From: a virus
Lineage: Duplodnaviria; Caudoviricetes
Direction: 5' to 3' (one strand)
DNA length: 57,103 nucleotides
Virus record (IMG/VR): IMGVR_UViG_3300042430_000603
Span: 1-57,103 of that record
This document shows positions 9,835 to 19,099 of the stretch, one piece after another; the first letter of the stretch is position 1; every line of letters starts with the position of its first letter. Below the pieces are notes generated by a model that did no database searches, was not told where the DNA came from, and saw nothing but the letters and a program-made list of their open reading frames with translations. A program made the position numbers and the translations under genes.

Positions 9835-10386
9835 ATGGCACATATTACATCAATCGGAGCTGGTATTTTCTCAGCTATGGCCGTAAACACAACCGAGATC
9901 ACTGATCTCTCAACTGTAGACGATTTAACAAAACTAACTGGTAAATTTACCAGTGCAGCATCATTCACTGAAATTAAAAACGTCCGTGAATTCCCACAAA
10001 TCGGTACACCAGCTAACATCGTTAACGTACCTGTTTATGGTCAAAAGACTTCTAGCCAAATTCAAGGCCAGTCTGATTCACCTAACTTAGAACTTACTCT
10101 AAATTACATTCCTAATGAGTGGGCACCAGGCTCGGCACTAGGTGCATTAGTTGGTAATGGTAAGATTTATGCTTTCCAGTTTTCTATGCTAAATGCTAAA
10201 CCAGTTGCCTTAAACACTACCCCAGGTGCTAACGGTCTAGGTTCTGTAAACAATTCTAACTTCTACTTCGTTGGTAAAATCGAAGCACTATTAGTTAGCC
10301 CACAATTAACAGACGCTAACCAAGCTACACTAACATTGTCTTCACAAGGCGGTTTCTTCGGTCCTGGAACTGTTGGTCTCACCTAA
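9835..10386 (+). CDS. Major tail tube protein
   Basis: EIKNVREFPQIGTPANIVNVPVYG...QIQGQSDSPNLELTLNY motif typical of siphophage tube proteins. Confidence 0.78.
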   Translation: MAHITSIGAGIFSAMAVNTTEITDLSTVDDLTKLTGKFTSAASFTEIKNVREFPQIGTPANIVNVPVYGQKTSSQIQGQSDSPNLELTLNYIPNEWAPGSALGALVGNGKIYAFQFSMLNAKPVALNTTPGANGLGSVNNSNFYFVGKIEALLVSPQLTDANQATLTLSSQGGFFGPGTVGLT

Positions 10387-10394
10387 TGACAATT

Positions 10395-10416
10395 TGGGCT
10401 AGTTTCTAGTCCATTT
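10395..10416 (+). terminator. Hairpin after the tail tube gene (weak terminator or 3' stabiliser)
   Basis: TGGGCTAG-TTT-CTAGTCCA, an 8-bp stem with one G-U, followed by only TTT. Confidence 0.45.
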
Positions 10417-10438
10417 ACCAGGGGACGCTAAAGAGAGA
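10416..10438 (+). promoter_or_regulatory. SP6/T7-like phage RNAP promoter, copy 1 (predicted +1 = G10433)
   Basis: TACCAGGGGACGCTAAA|GAGAGA; 10412-10440 is identical over 29 nt to 31284-31312; aligns to SP6 ATTTAGGTGACACTATA|G. Confidence 0.75.
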
Positions 10439-10485
10439 TCTGAGGCTCCCCTTGGTAGTATTTATAGTATATATTAAGGATAAGT

Positions 10486-10731
10486 ATGATTGATAACAAT
10501 CAAGATAAACCACCATTTAGTAAGTCATTCGTTATGAAGACTACATTCCGTCATATGAGACGTAGTGTTGATATTAGTATTCGTAAATCATTTGAAAGAT
10601 TTCAAGATTTCGATAAAGAAAGTATAGCAGGAAGAGAGATTATGGAAACATTATCTGTATTGCATACAGTAAGAAAAGTTCTAGATGACTTTCAAGAAAA
10701 TAATAAACATCTATTTAATGATAATAAATAA
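10486..10731 (+). CDS. Hypothetical protein
   Basis: 81-aa ORF with AAGGA RBS directly after promoter copy 1. Confidence 0.7.
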   Translation: MIDNNQDKPPFSKSFVMKTTFRHMRRSVDISIRKSFERFQDFDKESIAGREIMETLSVLHTVRKVLDDFQENNKHLFNDNK

Positions 10732-10746
10732 AAGTAAGGAAATATA

Positions 10747-11037
10747 ATGAAACATTTAGTTGGTAAAAAGATTAGTAAAAAAGTTGACTTCATGGGTGAT
10801 AAAGTTGAGATCAAGAAACTCACTGTCAATGAAGTTTTAAGAATCCAGGAGGCTACAAAGAATACCTCTGAGGAAGACCAAATTAACACTCTTCGTGTGA
10901 TTTTACGTTTAGCCGTTATTGGCGCAGACGAATTATCTGACGAGGATATTGCAACTTTTCCATTAGAAGAGTTGACGTCCCTATCTGCAGAAATTGTTAA
11001 ATATTCTGGTATGGTAGGTTCAGCTGAGGGAAACTAA
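10747..11037 (+). CDS. Tail assembly chaperone (lambda gpG-like)
   Basis: 96 aa between tube and tape measure genes, ending in the slippery heptamer G GGA AAC before TAA. Confidence 0.8.
   Translation: MKHLVGKKISKKVDFMGDKVEIKKLTVNEVLRIQEATKNTSEEDQINTLRVILRLAVIGADELSDEDIATFPLEELTSLSAEIVKYSGMVGSAEGN
11028..11034 (+). other. Programmed -1 ribosomal frameshift site GGGAAAC
   Basis: X XXY YYZ heptamer in the correct phase; the -1 frame is open from 11034 to the stop at 11348. Confidence 0.85.
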
Positions 11038-11348
11038 GCCCTGAAGAACTGACAATTTATGAGTTAGCATATCATTTGCATATGCCTGTTCACAAAATTC
11101 TAGATGAAATGCCTTATGAAGAATTCATCGGGTGGAATCAGTTCTTCGCATCAAGACCTGTAGGTTGGAGAGATGACTATCGTACCTCTCTGTTGCTTAA
11201 TGCACAGGGAGTTAAGAAAAGAGGTTCTGAAATTTTTGAGTCACTTAAAGCATTAGAGAGAACTAATAAGTCAAGGATTAATCCTGGTTTCTTAAGTTTA
11301 CTCAAAACAGCTAAAGGTGCAGAAGATTGGGATCCAACTATAGAGTGA
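11034..11348 (+). CDS. Frameshift-extended tail chaperone portion (gpGT-like)
   Basis: The -1 frame reads LSPEELTIYELAYHLHMPV...MPYEEFIGW..FF, typical of gpT; no good independent start seen. Confidence 0.78.
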   Translation, partial: LSPEELTIYELAYHLHMPVHKILDEMPYEEFIGWNQFFASRPVGWRDDYRTSLLLNAQGVKKRGSEIFESLKALERTNKSRINPGFLSLLKTAKGAEDWDPTIE

Positions 11349-11355
11349 GGTAACT

Positions 11356-11694
11356 ATGAGTTTAGGTATAAAAGTAGATTTTGAAAAAGAAATCAAAAGA
11401 ATCCAGAAAGAGGCTGTTTCTCTTGCAGAAGCAACTATTAAGGAAAGAACAGAATTTACTACAGAAGCCTTACGATCAGTAACCCCAGTAGATACAGGTT
11501 ATGCAGCTAGTAGATGGAAGTATAGCATGATCAAGATAAATGGTGAACTTGTTGGTAAAATAGATAATGATGCGCCATACATTGGTATATTGAATACTGG
11601 TTATTCAAAACAAGCGCCACCATTTTTCATTGAACAAGTGCTACTTACTATTGGTGAAGTTTCAGCACCAGTAAACTTTAGCAACGAAAAATAA
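11356..11694 (+). CDS. HK97 gp10-like neck/tail completion protein
   Basis: TPVDTG motif and N.APYI..LN.G.S.QAP motif. Confidence 0.75.
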   Translation: MSLGIKVDFEKEIKRIQKEAVSLAEATIKERTEFTTEALRSVTPVDTGYAASRWKYSMIKINGELVGKIDNDAPYIGILNTGYSKQAPPFFIEQVLLTIGEVSAPVNFSNEK

Positions 11695-11699
11695 ATAAT

Positions 11700-11747
11700 A
11701 GCCCTAGGATGGCCTCTAATAATGAGGATTCATTTTAGGGCTTTTTT
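11700..11747 (+). terminator. Rho-independent terminator before the tape measure gene
   Basis: AGCCCTAGGATG pairs with CATTTTAGGGCT (12 bp, two G-U), inner CCTC/GAGG stem, then a T-run. Confidence 0.7.
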
Positions 11748-11764
11748 ATTATGGAGAACAAAAT

Positions 11765-14700
11765 ATGTCAGTAGAAATTAAAGTCACGGCAGACACAAGA
11801 AAGGCATCCGAAGATATAGATAGACTACGTGGTCTACTAAAGAAAGTACAGGATGAAGCTGCAAAAGGCAGCAAGAAAACAAAAATCTTAGACGTTGATG
11901 CAGATCAACAAAAGATTAATGGAATAAATAAAAGCATACAAAATTTAAATGCAAAATTAAAACAATCACCAAGATATAAAGTATTTGATGAGAGATCCTT
12001 ATCAACTGCTATTTCCCAAACAGGACAAATTAATAAAAATATAGATAGCATAAACAGTTCTGCAACAAAATTAGGTAATACTTTAAAGTCAACATTTGCT
12101 GTTGCTGCAGTAGGAGTATTTGGTACTTCTTTATTAAAGACAGCCCAACAATTTGATGGTATTAGAACTAGGTTAGCTATCGCAACTGGATCTATTGTTA
12201 AATCACAAAAGGCATTTTCTGATATTCAGCAATTTGCCGCTGAAACAAAATTCAGTGTAGATGCATTAGCAGATTCCTATGCACGTCTCGCTAATACAGG
12301 TAGCACATTATTTTCTAGTAATAGACAAGTATTAGATAGCTTAGAAGGTATAGCTAATGCAGTTACTGCTGTAGGTGGCGGAGATTACGAAATCCAAAGA
12401 GTAACAGAAGCATTTTCAAGAATGGCATCTGAAGGTCGTGTAACATATGAGCGACTTGAACCTCTTGTTACCATTGGTATTCCACTACAAAGAATTGCTA
12501 AGGAAGCTGGTAAATCATGGGCTGAATGGTCAGCTACAATGGAAAGAGGCAATCTTACATTTGATGAAGTATTTAAGGCTTTTAATAAATTAGCCTTCTC
12601 TACACAAGGTTATGGTGGAGTTGCTAGGAAACAAGTTAATACACTATCAGGATCGTTCTCTAATTTAGGAGATGCAATAAAGAATCTTCAAGATGTAATT
12701 GTTAACAGTACTGGTTTGAAAACAGTTATTATTAATGTTGTTAACTCAATTACAAAGGGTATCCAAAAGCTTGCTAAATTTATTCAGTATGACTTAACAA
12801 CATCTATAATTGATTTTAAGATTTTTGTTTTAGGTCTCACTGGCTCTCTAAATATAGTTAACAGGTCAATTAATCAATTTGTACAAAATAGTAAGAAAAT
12901 AGATTTAAGTAATTTTGTACCAAATATTCCTGATTTTAAGTTAGATCTTGATTCTTATATGCCAAGGCTAAATACTGTTAAACAGAAAATTGATGACTTT
13001 GGAAAATTTGTTATTGCAGTATTCTATAAAATATGGAATGTAATTGTAGGTAATTCCTATTGGCCTGACACTATTATGGGTATTGCTAATTGGGCAAATA
13101 AGCTATACGGAATGGCAACTCCAGGAATAACTAAATTCTCAAGTTATGTAGTAGATGTATTTTCTGATATCAAAAATGCATTTGATATGTGGAAAGAGAA
13201 AATACAAATTGAAGTAAAAATTATTCAAGATGTTGGAGCATTAAAATATATTGAAAATTTATTTGATGATATTGTTGCTGCTATAAAAAGATTAGGTAAC
13301 TCTGGTTTAGAAGCCGCTGCTTCAGGTATTAACTACTCATTAGATCTAATTGGGGATAGCATAAAGAAACTAGCTCAGTTTTCTAAGTCTGGTGCTGGAA
13401 AAGTATTTAATGACTTCACAAATGCGATGACAAAGCTACTTGGTGTATTCTTACCAGGATTAGGAGAGATGCCACTATTAGCTGCTAAGTTACAAGCAGC
13501 ATTAGCTAAGATGGACGAATCACAATTTGATATATCTTTCCAAAATTTTAAACTAGATATTCAACAAAAGTTTAACAATATATCTACAAGAACATTAGAA
13601 CAAAACTTAGCTTTAGTTATTGAAAATACAGTAGAGCTATTCCAAAAAGGTATTGCAAATACTGATTTAGCTAAAACAGCATTTACAAGTTTAGGAGAAA
13701 CATTTGGGCGTATATCTGCTAGAGCTTTAAGAGATGATATTAAAACAACTTTTCAAGAAGATTTGCAGGATATAGTTATAGCTGCACTCTTAGTTGCATT
13801 TAATAAAGGATTCAGGCAAATTGCTGTTGCTACATTAATCTTTAAGATTGCTTTTGGAGAAGATGCTAGTTTTGTAGATGGTTTAAATACTCTTAAAAAG
13901 CATATTACAGACTTTGGTAACTCAATATTAAACGGATTAGGTCTTGAAGGCTTTGCTCCTAGCTCAGGTGGGTTTATTGTAGGCCTACTATTTGGTACAG
14001 CTGCATTAGCTATTGCCTCTGGTAAGATGACTTCCTTAATTGGAATAGTAGCAAAAGAGTTAGCAAATTATTTTATCTTATCAAAAATCTTTAATAAAGA
14101 CAATACAGGTGCTGCTACACCAGGAGCAAAAGCTGCTGGTAGTACATTAGGTAAAGTATTCCAAAGTGCATTTGCTGTTGCTGCTGGCCTTGCTGCTTTA
14201 TTTATTGGTTCCCATATTGGAGATGCAATTGCAGAATCATTAGATGTAGAAAATACATTTTATCATTTAGGTATTACTGCGGGTGCTATCTTTATGACAG
14301 GGTGGGCAATAAGTGCAGGTGCAGGTGCTTTTAGTGCTTGGGCAACTATTACGGCTGGCCCTGCAATTATACTAGCTCTTAAAAGATTAGCACTAGCTGC
14401 TGTATTCTCTGCTTCAATGTTTCCTGCAGGTGCAGCTGTTCTTTCTGCTATGGGTGGAATATTAGCTGCTATAACTGCATTCTTTACTTTACCCGTTTTA
14501 CTAGGTGCTTTAGGTATTGCTGCAGGTAGTTCATTACTCTATTACGCATTATTTGGTAATAAAGATGCAAAGGGTATTGAAGGAAAAATAACAAGATTAG
14601 CATACTTCCTTGGTGATAAATTTAAAGAAGTTTCATTCTTTATAGGTGATGCTTTTGGTGCAGTATTTGATTCTATAGGTAAAGGATTAAGAGACGCTGC

Positions 14701-17700
14701 TGACTATGTTGTTGGTAAGTTTAGTGACCTAAAGAATTTCTTTACAGAAAAATCATTTAGACCTGCAGGATCAACTCCTGTAAAACCAACAGTTACTGAA
14801 TTAAATCCACAACAAAGAAGAGCTAGTGGTGGACGTATTAGTGGCCCTGGTACAGGTAAATCAGACTCTATTATGGCTAGACTCTCTAATGGTGAGTTTG
14901 TAGTTAATGCTAAAGCAACCTCCGAGAATCTACCATTACTTCAAAAGTTAAATAGTGGCCTTCCAGGTTTTAATTCTGGTGGATTAATTGATTTAGATTT
15001 CTTAAGAAGAGAAGAAAATGGACCATCAGCATTACCAAAGACATATGGTTATGTGCCACCTAAAGGTGTATCGGGTGTAACTATTGCTACGGGTCTTGAT
15101 CTAGGGCAACAGAGTTTAACTAGCTTATCTGATATGGGTATTCCAAATAATTTGGTTACTAAGTTAAAACCTTATATTGGTAAGAAAAGAAAATCAGCTG
15201 TTAATGCATTACTTAATAAACCATTAAGCATTTCAGATGCTGAGGCTGCGTTAATAGAGCAAAGATCAGTTGATTACTATATCAATTTAACTAAAAATCA
15301 GTTCAAGAATATTTCATCAAGTGTTAATGGTCAATCCTTTGAATCATTGCCAAAACCAGTAAGAACTGCGTTAGTATCTACTTTATTCCAAACAGGAAAC
15401 ATTACTAGAGGAAATAGTAAATTAGCTGCTACTGCTGCTGCAAAAGGTGACTATAAACAGGCTGCACATTATTACGACGTGTGGGCTAAATACAGTGAAT
15501 ACAAAGGTAGAAGATCAAGAGAAGCTGATTTATTCCGTAATGCAATCTCTAATAAAATATTAGATGAGAACCAACAATTACCTAGTAAAGAAAAATTAGA
15601 TACAATTAAGAAAGATAATGAAAATATCTTTGATAGACTATTTAAAAGCTTTACAAGTGTATCTAGCAAAACAGATAATGTTTTACTAATGGATAAATTA
15701 CCTCAAGCCTCTAATAGTGAAATTGATGCATTACTTTCTAGATTACAAAATTCGGATATAGGTGGCGGTAATAATCTTAGTATAAGAAAAGATAAAATCC
15801 AATCTGCAATATCAAATAAAATTGGTAAACCAGCACTTATTGATGCAGGTGACCCAATGGCTTTATTACAGGAAGCCCAGTCTAAGTATAAAGCTAAAAC
15901 TATTATTGGTAGAATTTTAGGATTACCTAAATATGCAGAAGGTACTGAAGAACCTATTAACAGTCCTCCAGAAAATTATGGATTAAAGATTGCTGACTTT
16001 AAAGGTAATAACTTTATAACTAATAGAAATTTTGCAAAAGAGTTAACTCCTGGTGAACAACAAATAGTAAAATCGGCAGAATTAAATAAACAATTAATAA
16101 CTTATTTAAAGAATTCTGTTAAGGCTGATGTTTCAAATTATTTTGGAGAAAATCAAGATTATATTAGTACTAGCCAAGCCATATCTAAAGGTGCACTAGA
16201 GGGTGCAAGTTTTGATTTAGCGGGTGGTAAGCTAAGAGCAAAAGTATCTAAAAATGGTTTAAGGCTTAACTACACAAAAGCATTTGCAAATGGTGGTCAA
16301 ATAATTGGGGAAGGAACTGGTAAATCCGATTCTATTCTTGCTAGGTTATCTAATGGTGAATTCGTAGTTAATGCTAAGGCAACTAAAGAACATCTACCAC
16401 TACTACAATCAATGAACAGTGGAGTCTTGCCAGGATTTGCTGGTGGAACCAAGGGTCCAATTGGAGAAGTATTTTCTCAAATTGATCCTAAGAAACAGGT
16501 TCAAGAATTAACTGTTGGTAATGTTAAAGTAAAGCTTGATTTAACAGATTTTTTAAATACAATATCTGATATAAAAGATAGTAATTTATCACTATCTAAA
16601 AATACAGATGCTTTAGCAAAATCACTTAAATCCTCCCTAGCTACAATAGAAACAGCTGACTTTGTTACAAGACTAGGATTTAAAAATGCACCTATTGGTA
16701 CTTTAAAAGAATCTTTAGAAAAACCAGACGCTATTAAAGAATTAGAAGATTTTTACAATAATAAACTAAAACCTTCTGGATTTAATAGAGGGGTTAAAGG
16801 TCTTTCAAGTAGTGAGTTTACTACATTAAAAGAGTTAACACTAGCCTTAATACCTGAGACTAAAGACTTACAACCTAAAGATCTTGATACTCAATTAAAA
16901 TCAAAATTAAGTTCAAATAGTGATGTTACTAAAGTTATTGCAAATACTTTTAGACAACTGCGTGTATTGCAAGGTCAACAAGATCGAGGTGATGAGCAGG
17001 GCCCTATTGATGCCCAAGTTAAAGAAATTACGGATAGACTTAAAGGAGAGATAGTTAAAATTGCACCTGAAGTATCTACTAATATTAAAGGTGGTAACTT
17101 CTCAGCTAAATCTATTACTGAAGGAACTGAACAATCTAGAGCTTATATTGAAGATTTTAAATCTGGATTTTCTGAATTTCTTAAAGGTAAAAAGACAGGC
17201 AAAGAATTTGGTACTTACCTAGCAGACCAATTTACATCTCGAGTTGTTGATTCTTTTGCTAAAAGTTTAACAGATGAAATATTTAGTACTTCTAATTTCC
17301 TAGAATTGTTTGCCGCACCTACTGAATTTGGAACAAGGCTTGGTGGACTGATTGATAAACCAAAAGTTGAAGATGTACAAGCACCTCCTGTTGATGAAAG
17401 CTTATTTTCTCTTGGAGGTATAACTGGTTTACTAGGTGGTAATAAGGCTGGAACTTCTCCGCTAAAACCTTTATATACTAAAGAAGTACCAGGAGTAAAA
17501 GATTTAAATAGTCTTACTGGTGGTTCTTCTGGTGGAATATTTGGTAATCTATTTAGTGGTGCTAGCCAATTATTTAGCAAAGGTTTAACTTCTTTTGGTA
17601 GTTTATTTACTAGTGGTGGTAATATTGCATCAGTACTAGGTATGCCTGGCTTTGCAGATGGCGGTGTTATTCCAGGGGCTATGGGTAGTGCCACTCCAGT

Positions 17701-17902
17701 TCTTGCTCATGCAGGTGAGATTGTATTAAATGAAGCTCAACAAGCTAGAGTAGCAGCTGCTATGACAAATCAAAGTCAACAGGTAGTTAATGTAAATATC
17801 ACAGGTGATATTAGTCGTCAAACAAAATCAGAAATTTATAAAATGCTCCCATCTATTGCTGAGGGGGTTAACTCCCACAATAGAGAGAAAGGTTTAAGGT
17901 AA
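11765..17902 (+). CDS. Tape measure protein with an internal pesticin-like muramidase domain
   Basis: 2045 aa; N-terminal tape-measure domain (TLSGSFSNLGDAI); hydrophobic middle; repeated GG.I.G.GTGKSDSI.ARLSNGEFVVNAKAT; GYVP...SGVTIATGLDLGQ muramidase motif. Confidence 0.9.
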   Translation: MSVEIKVTADTRKASEDIDRLRGLLKKVQDEAAKGSKKTKILDVDADQQKINGINKSIQNLNAKLKQSPRYKVFDERSLSTAISQTGQINKNIDSINSSATKLGNTLKSTFAVAAVGVFGTSLLKTAQQFDGIRTRLAIATGSIVKSQKAFSDIQQFAAETKFSVDALADSYARLANTGSTLFSSNRQVLDSLEGIANAVTAVGGGDYEIQRVTEAFSRMASEGRVTYERLEPLVTIGIPLQRIAKEAGKSWAEWSATMERGNLTFDEVFKAFNKLAFSTQGYGGVARKQVNTLSGSFSNLGDAIKNLQDVIVNSTGLKTVIINVVNSITKGIQKLAKFIQYDLTTSIIDFKIFVLGLTGSLNIVNRSINQFVQNSKKIDLSNFVPNIPDFKLDLDSYMPRLNTVKQKIDDFGKFVIAVFYKIWNVIVGNSYWPDTIMGIANWANKLYGMATPGITKFSSYVVDVFSDIKNAFDMWKEKIQIEVKIIQDVGALKYIENLFDDIVAAIKRLGNSGLEAAASGINYSLDLIGDSIKKLAQFSKSGAGKVFNDFTNAMTKLLGVFLPGLGEMPLLAAKLQAALAKMDESQFDISFQNFKLDIQQKFNNISTRTLEQNLALVIENTVELFQKGIANTDLAKTAFTSLGETFGRISARALRDDIKTTFQEDLQDIVIAALLVAFNKGFRQIAVATLIFKIAFGEDASFVDGLNTLKKHITDFGNSILNGLGLEGFAPSSGGFIVGLLFGTAALAIASGKMTSLIGIVAKELANYFILSKIFNKDNTGAATPGAKAAGSTLGKVFQSAFAVAAGLAALFIGSHIGDAIAESLDVENTFYHLGITAGAIFMTGWAISAGAGAFSAWATITAGPAIILALKRLALAAVFSASMFPAGAAVLSAMGGILAAITAFFTLPVLLGALGIAAGSSLLYYALFGNKDAKGIEGKITRLAYFLGDKFKEVSFFIGDAFGAVFDSIGKGLRDAADYVVGKFSDLKNFFTEKSFRPAGSTPVKPTVTELNPQQRRASGGRISGPGTGKSDSIMARLSNGEFVVNAKATSENLPLLQKLNSGLPGFNSGGLIDLDFLRREENGPSALPKTYGYVPPKGVSGVTIATGLDLGQQSLTSLSDMGIPNNLVTKLKPYIGKKRKSAVNALLNKPLSISDAEAALIEQRSVDYYINLTKNQFKNISSSVNGQSFESLPKPVRTALVSTLFQTGNITRGNSKLAATAAAKGDYKQAAHYYDVWAKYSEYKGRRSREADLFRNAISNKILDENQQLPSKEKLDTIKKDNENIFDRLFKSFTSVSSKTDNVLLMDKLPQASNSEIDALLSRLQNSDIGGGNNLSIRKDKIQSAISNKIGKPALIDAGDPMALLQEAQSKYKAKTIIGRILGLPKYAEGTEEPINSPPENYGLKIADFKGNNFITNRNFAKELTPGEQQIVKSAELNKQLITYLKNSVKADVSNYFGENQDYISTSQAISKGALEGASFDLAGGKLRAKVSKNGLRLNYTKAFANGGQIIGEGTGKSDSILARLSNGEFVVNAKATKEHLPLLQSMNSGVLPGFAGGTKGPIGEVFSQIDPKKQVQELTVGNVKVKLDLTDFLNTISDIKDSNLSLSKNTDALAKSLKSSLATIETADFVTRLGFKNAPIGTLKESLEKPDAIKELEDFYNNKLKPSGFNRGVKGLSSSEFTTLKELTLALIPETKDLQPKDLDTQLKSKLSSNSDVTKVIANTFRQLRVLQGQQDRGDEQGPIDAQVKEITDRLKGEIVKIAPEVSTNIKGGNFSAKSITEGTEQSRAYIEDFKSGFSEFLKGKKTGKEFGTYLADQFTSRVVDSFAKSLTDEIFSTSNFLELFAAPTEFGTRLGGLIDKPKVEDVQAPPVDESLFSLGGITGLLGGNKAGTSPLKPLYTKEVPGVKDLNSLTGGSSGGIFGNLFSGASQLFSKGLTSFGSLFTSGGNIASVLGMPGFADGGVIPGAMGSATPVLAHAGEIVLNEAQQARVAAAMTNQSQQVVNVNITGDISRQTKSEIYKMLPSIAEGVNSHNREKGLR

Positions 17903-17906
17903 TATT

Positions 17907-18506
17907 ATGTATGGTATCTATGAAAATGGAGAGGTGATTGCTCGTTTTACAGCACCATTGACTGTAAGAAGTAACCAACCAGTCTTCGTTTCAGATACCC
18001 TTTCGCTAAAGAGATTCATTAGTCGTAGGAGTGCGCAGCGTTGGGAAATCGACGCTGGCCTCGAACCTCTAATGAATGATGCTCAAGACTTAATGGTTAA
18101 TTTAGTGACTAAAGGGTATTCTGAGGCAGTTACAATTATTGTACCCCAAAACTATGGAGCAGTAAGATCTAGAACAGCTATCGGTGTTGCTACAGCAACT
18201 GGAAGTATTGGTTCTGGACAAGTAAGTATATCTGGTTTATCTGGTTTAATTCCAAAAGGTACTTTTATAAAATTTTCAAGTCATTCTAAAGTTTATATGA
18301 CAACAACAAACGTTTCATTTACTAATGGTATATCAAGTACTATTAGTATTTTTCCTACGTTAATTGCTGCCGCATCAGGAACAATGACTTATAGAGATGA
18401 TGTTCAGATGCAATGTTTATACGATACTAATATAGTATCAGGTATGATTTATAGTGATGGTATCCTAATGGATACTGGGCAGATAAGGTTATTGGAGAAG
18501 TTATGA
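17907..18506 (+). CDS. Probable distal tail protein
   Basis: 199 aa directly after the tape measure gene; QRWEI and G.FIKFS.H.KVY motifs. Confidence 0.6.
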   Translation: MYGIYENGEVIARFTAPLTVRSNQPVFVSDTLSLKRFISRRSAQRWEIDAGLEPLMNDAQDLMVNLVTKGYSEAVTIIVPQNYGAVRSRTAIGVATATGSIGSGQVSISGLSGLIPKGTFIKFSSHSKVYMTTTNVSFTNGISSTISIFPTLIAAASGTMTYRDDVQMQCLYDTNIVSGMIYSDGILMDTGQIRLLEKL

Positions 18507-19099
18507 TTCAATTTAGTACAACAGTTAGAAATATACTGTCTCAACCAACTATTGAGGCATTTTATTTAGTTGAGGTATATGTGTCTTCAGGTACAACATA
18601 TCGATCAACTACATATTATAGGGATGTAGTTATAACAAATAATTCTGTACCAGTTACTACATATTATAATGATGGCAAACTAGTACAAGTTGACAGTCCA
18701 AGATTGTCTTCTACCGTAGATAGAGAGTTATTTAAAATAAGCTTTGCAGATCCTACATTTACATTTGGTGCAAGTGTAGATTCAGGTTTAATCGGCAAAC
18801 TTGTAGATGTTAAGGTAGGTTTTGTAAATCAAACTACTAAACTTCCTGAGCTAGATATTGCTAATCTATTAACTGTATATCGTGGAAAAATAGATAGTAC
18901 CGAATATAGTATAAATACTAGTGTTACAGGTGAAGTTTTATTAAATGTTAGTTGCTCTAGTCCTATGAATGATCTTGATTTAACTAAATCTTTTTACACA
19001 ACTAAAGATGCTACCTTTGGTAGAGATTCTTCTGATACCTCATTTGATCAAATCTATGAGGGATCAGGTGTGCTACAGCTTAAATGGGGGAAGAAATAA
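18503..19099 (+). CDS. Tail tip / minor tail protein
   Basis: 198 aa ending in LKWGK, with YRGKID; position between the distal tail and central fibre genes. Confidence 0.6.
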   Translation: MIQFSTTVRNILSQPTIEAFYLVEVYVSSGTTYRSTTYYRDVVITNNSVPVTTYYNDGKLVQVDSPRLSSTVDRELFKISFADPTFTFGASVDSGLIGKLVDVKVGFVNQTTKLPELDIANLLTVYRGKIDSTEYSINTSVTGEVLLNVSCSSPMNDLDLTKSFYTTKDATFGRDSSDTSFDQIYEGSGVLQLKWGKK

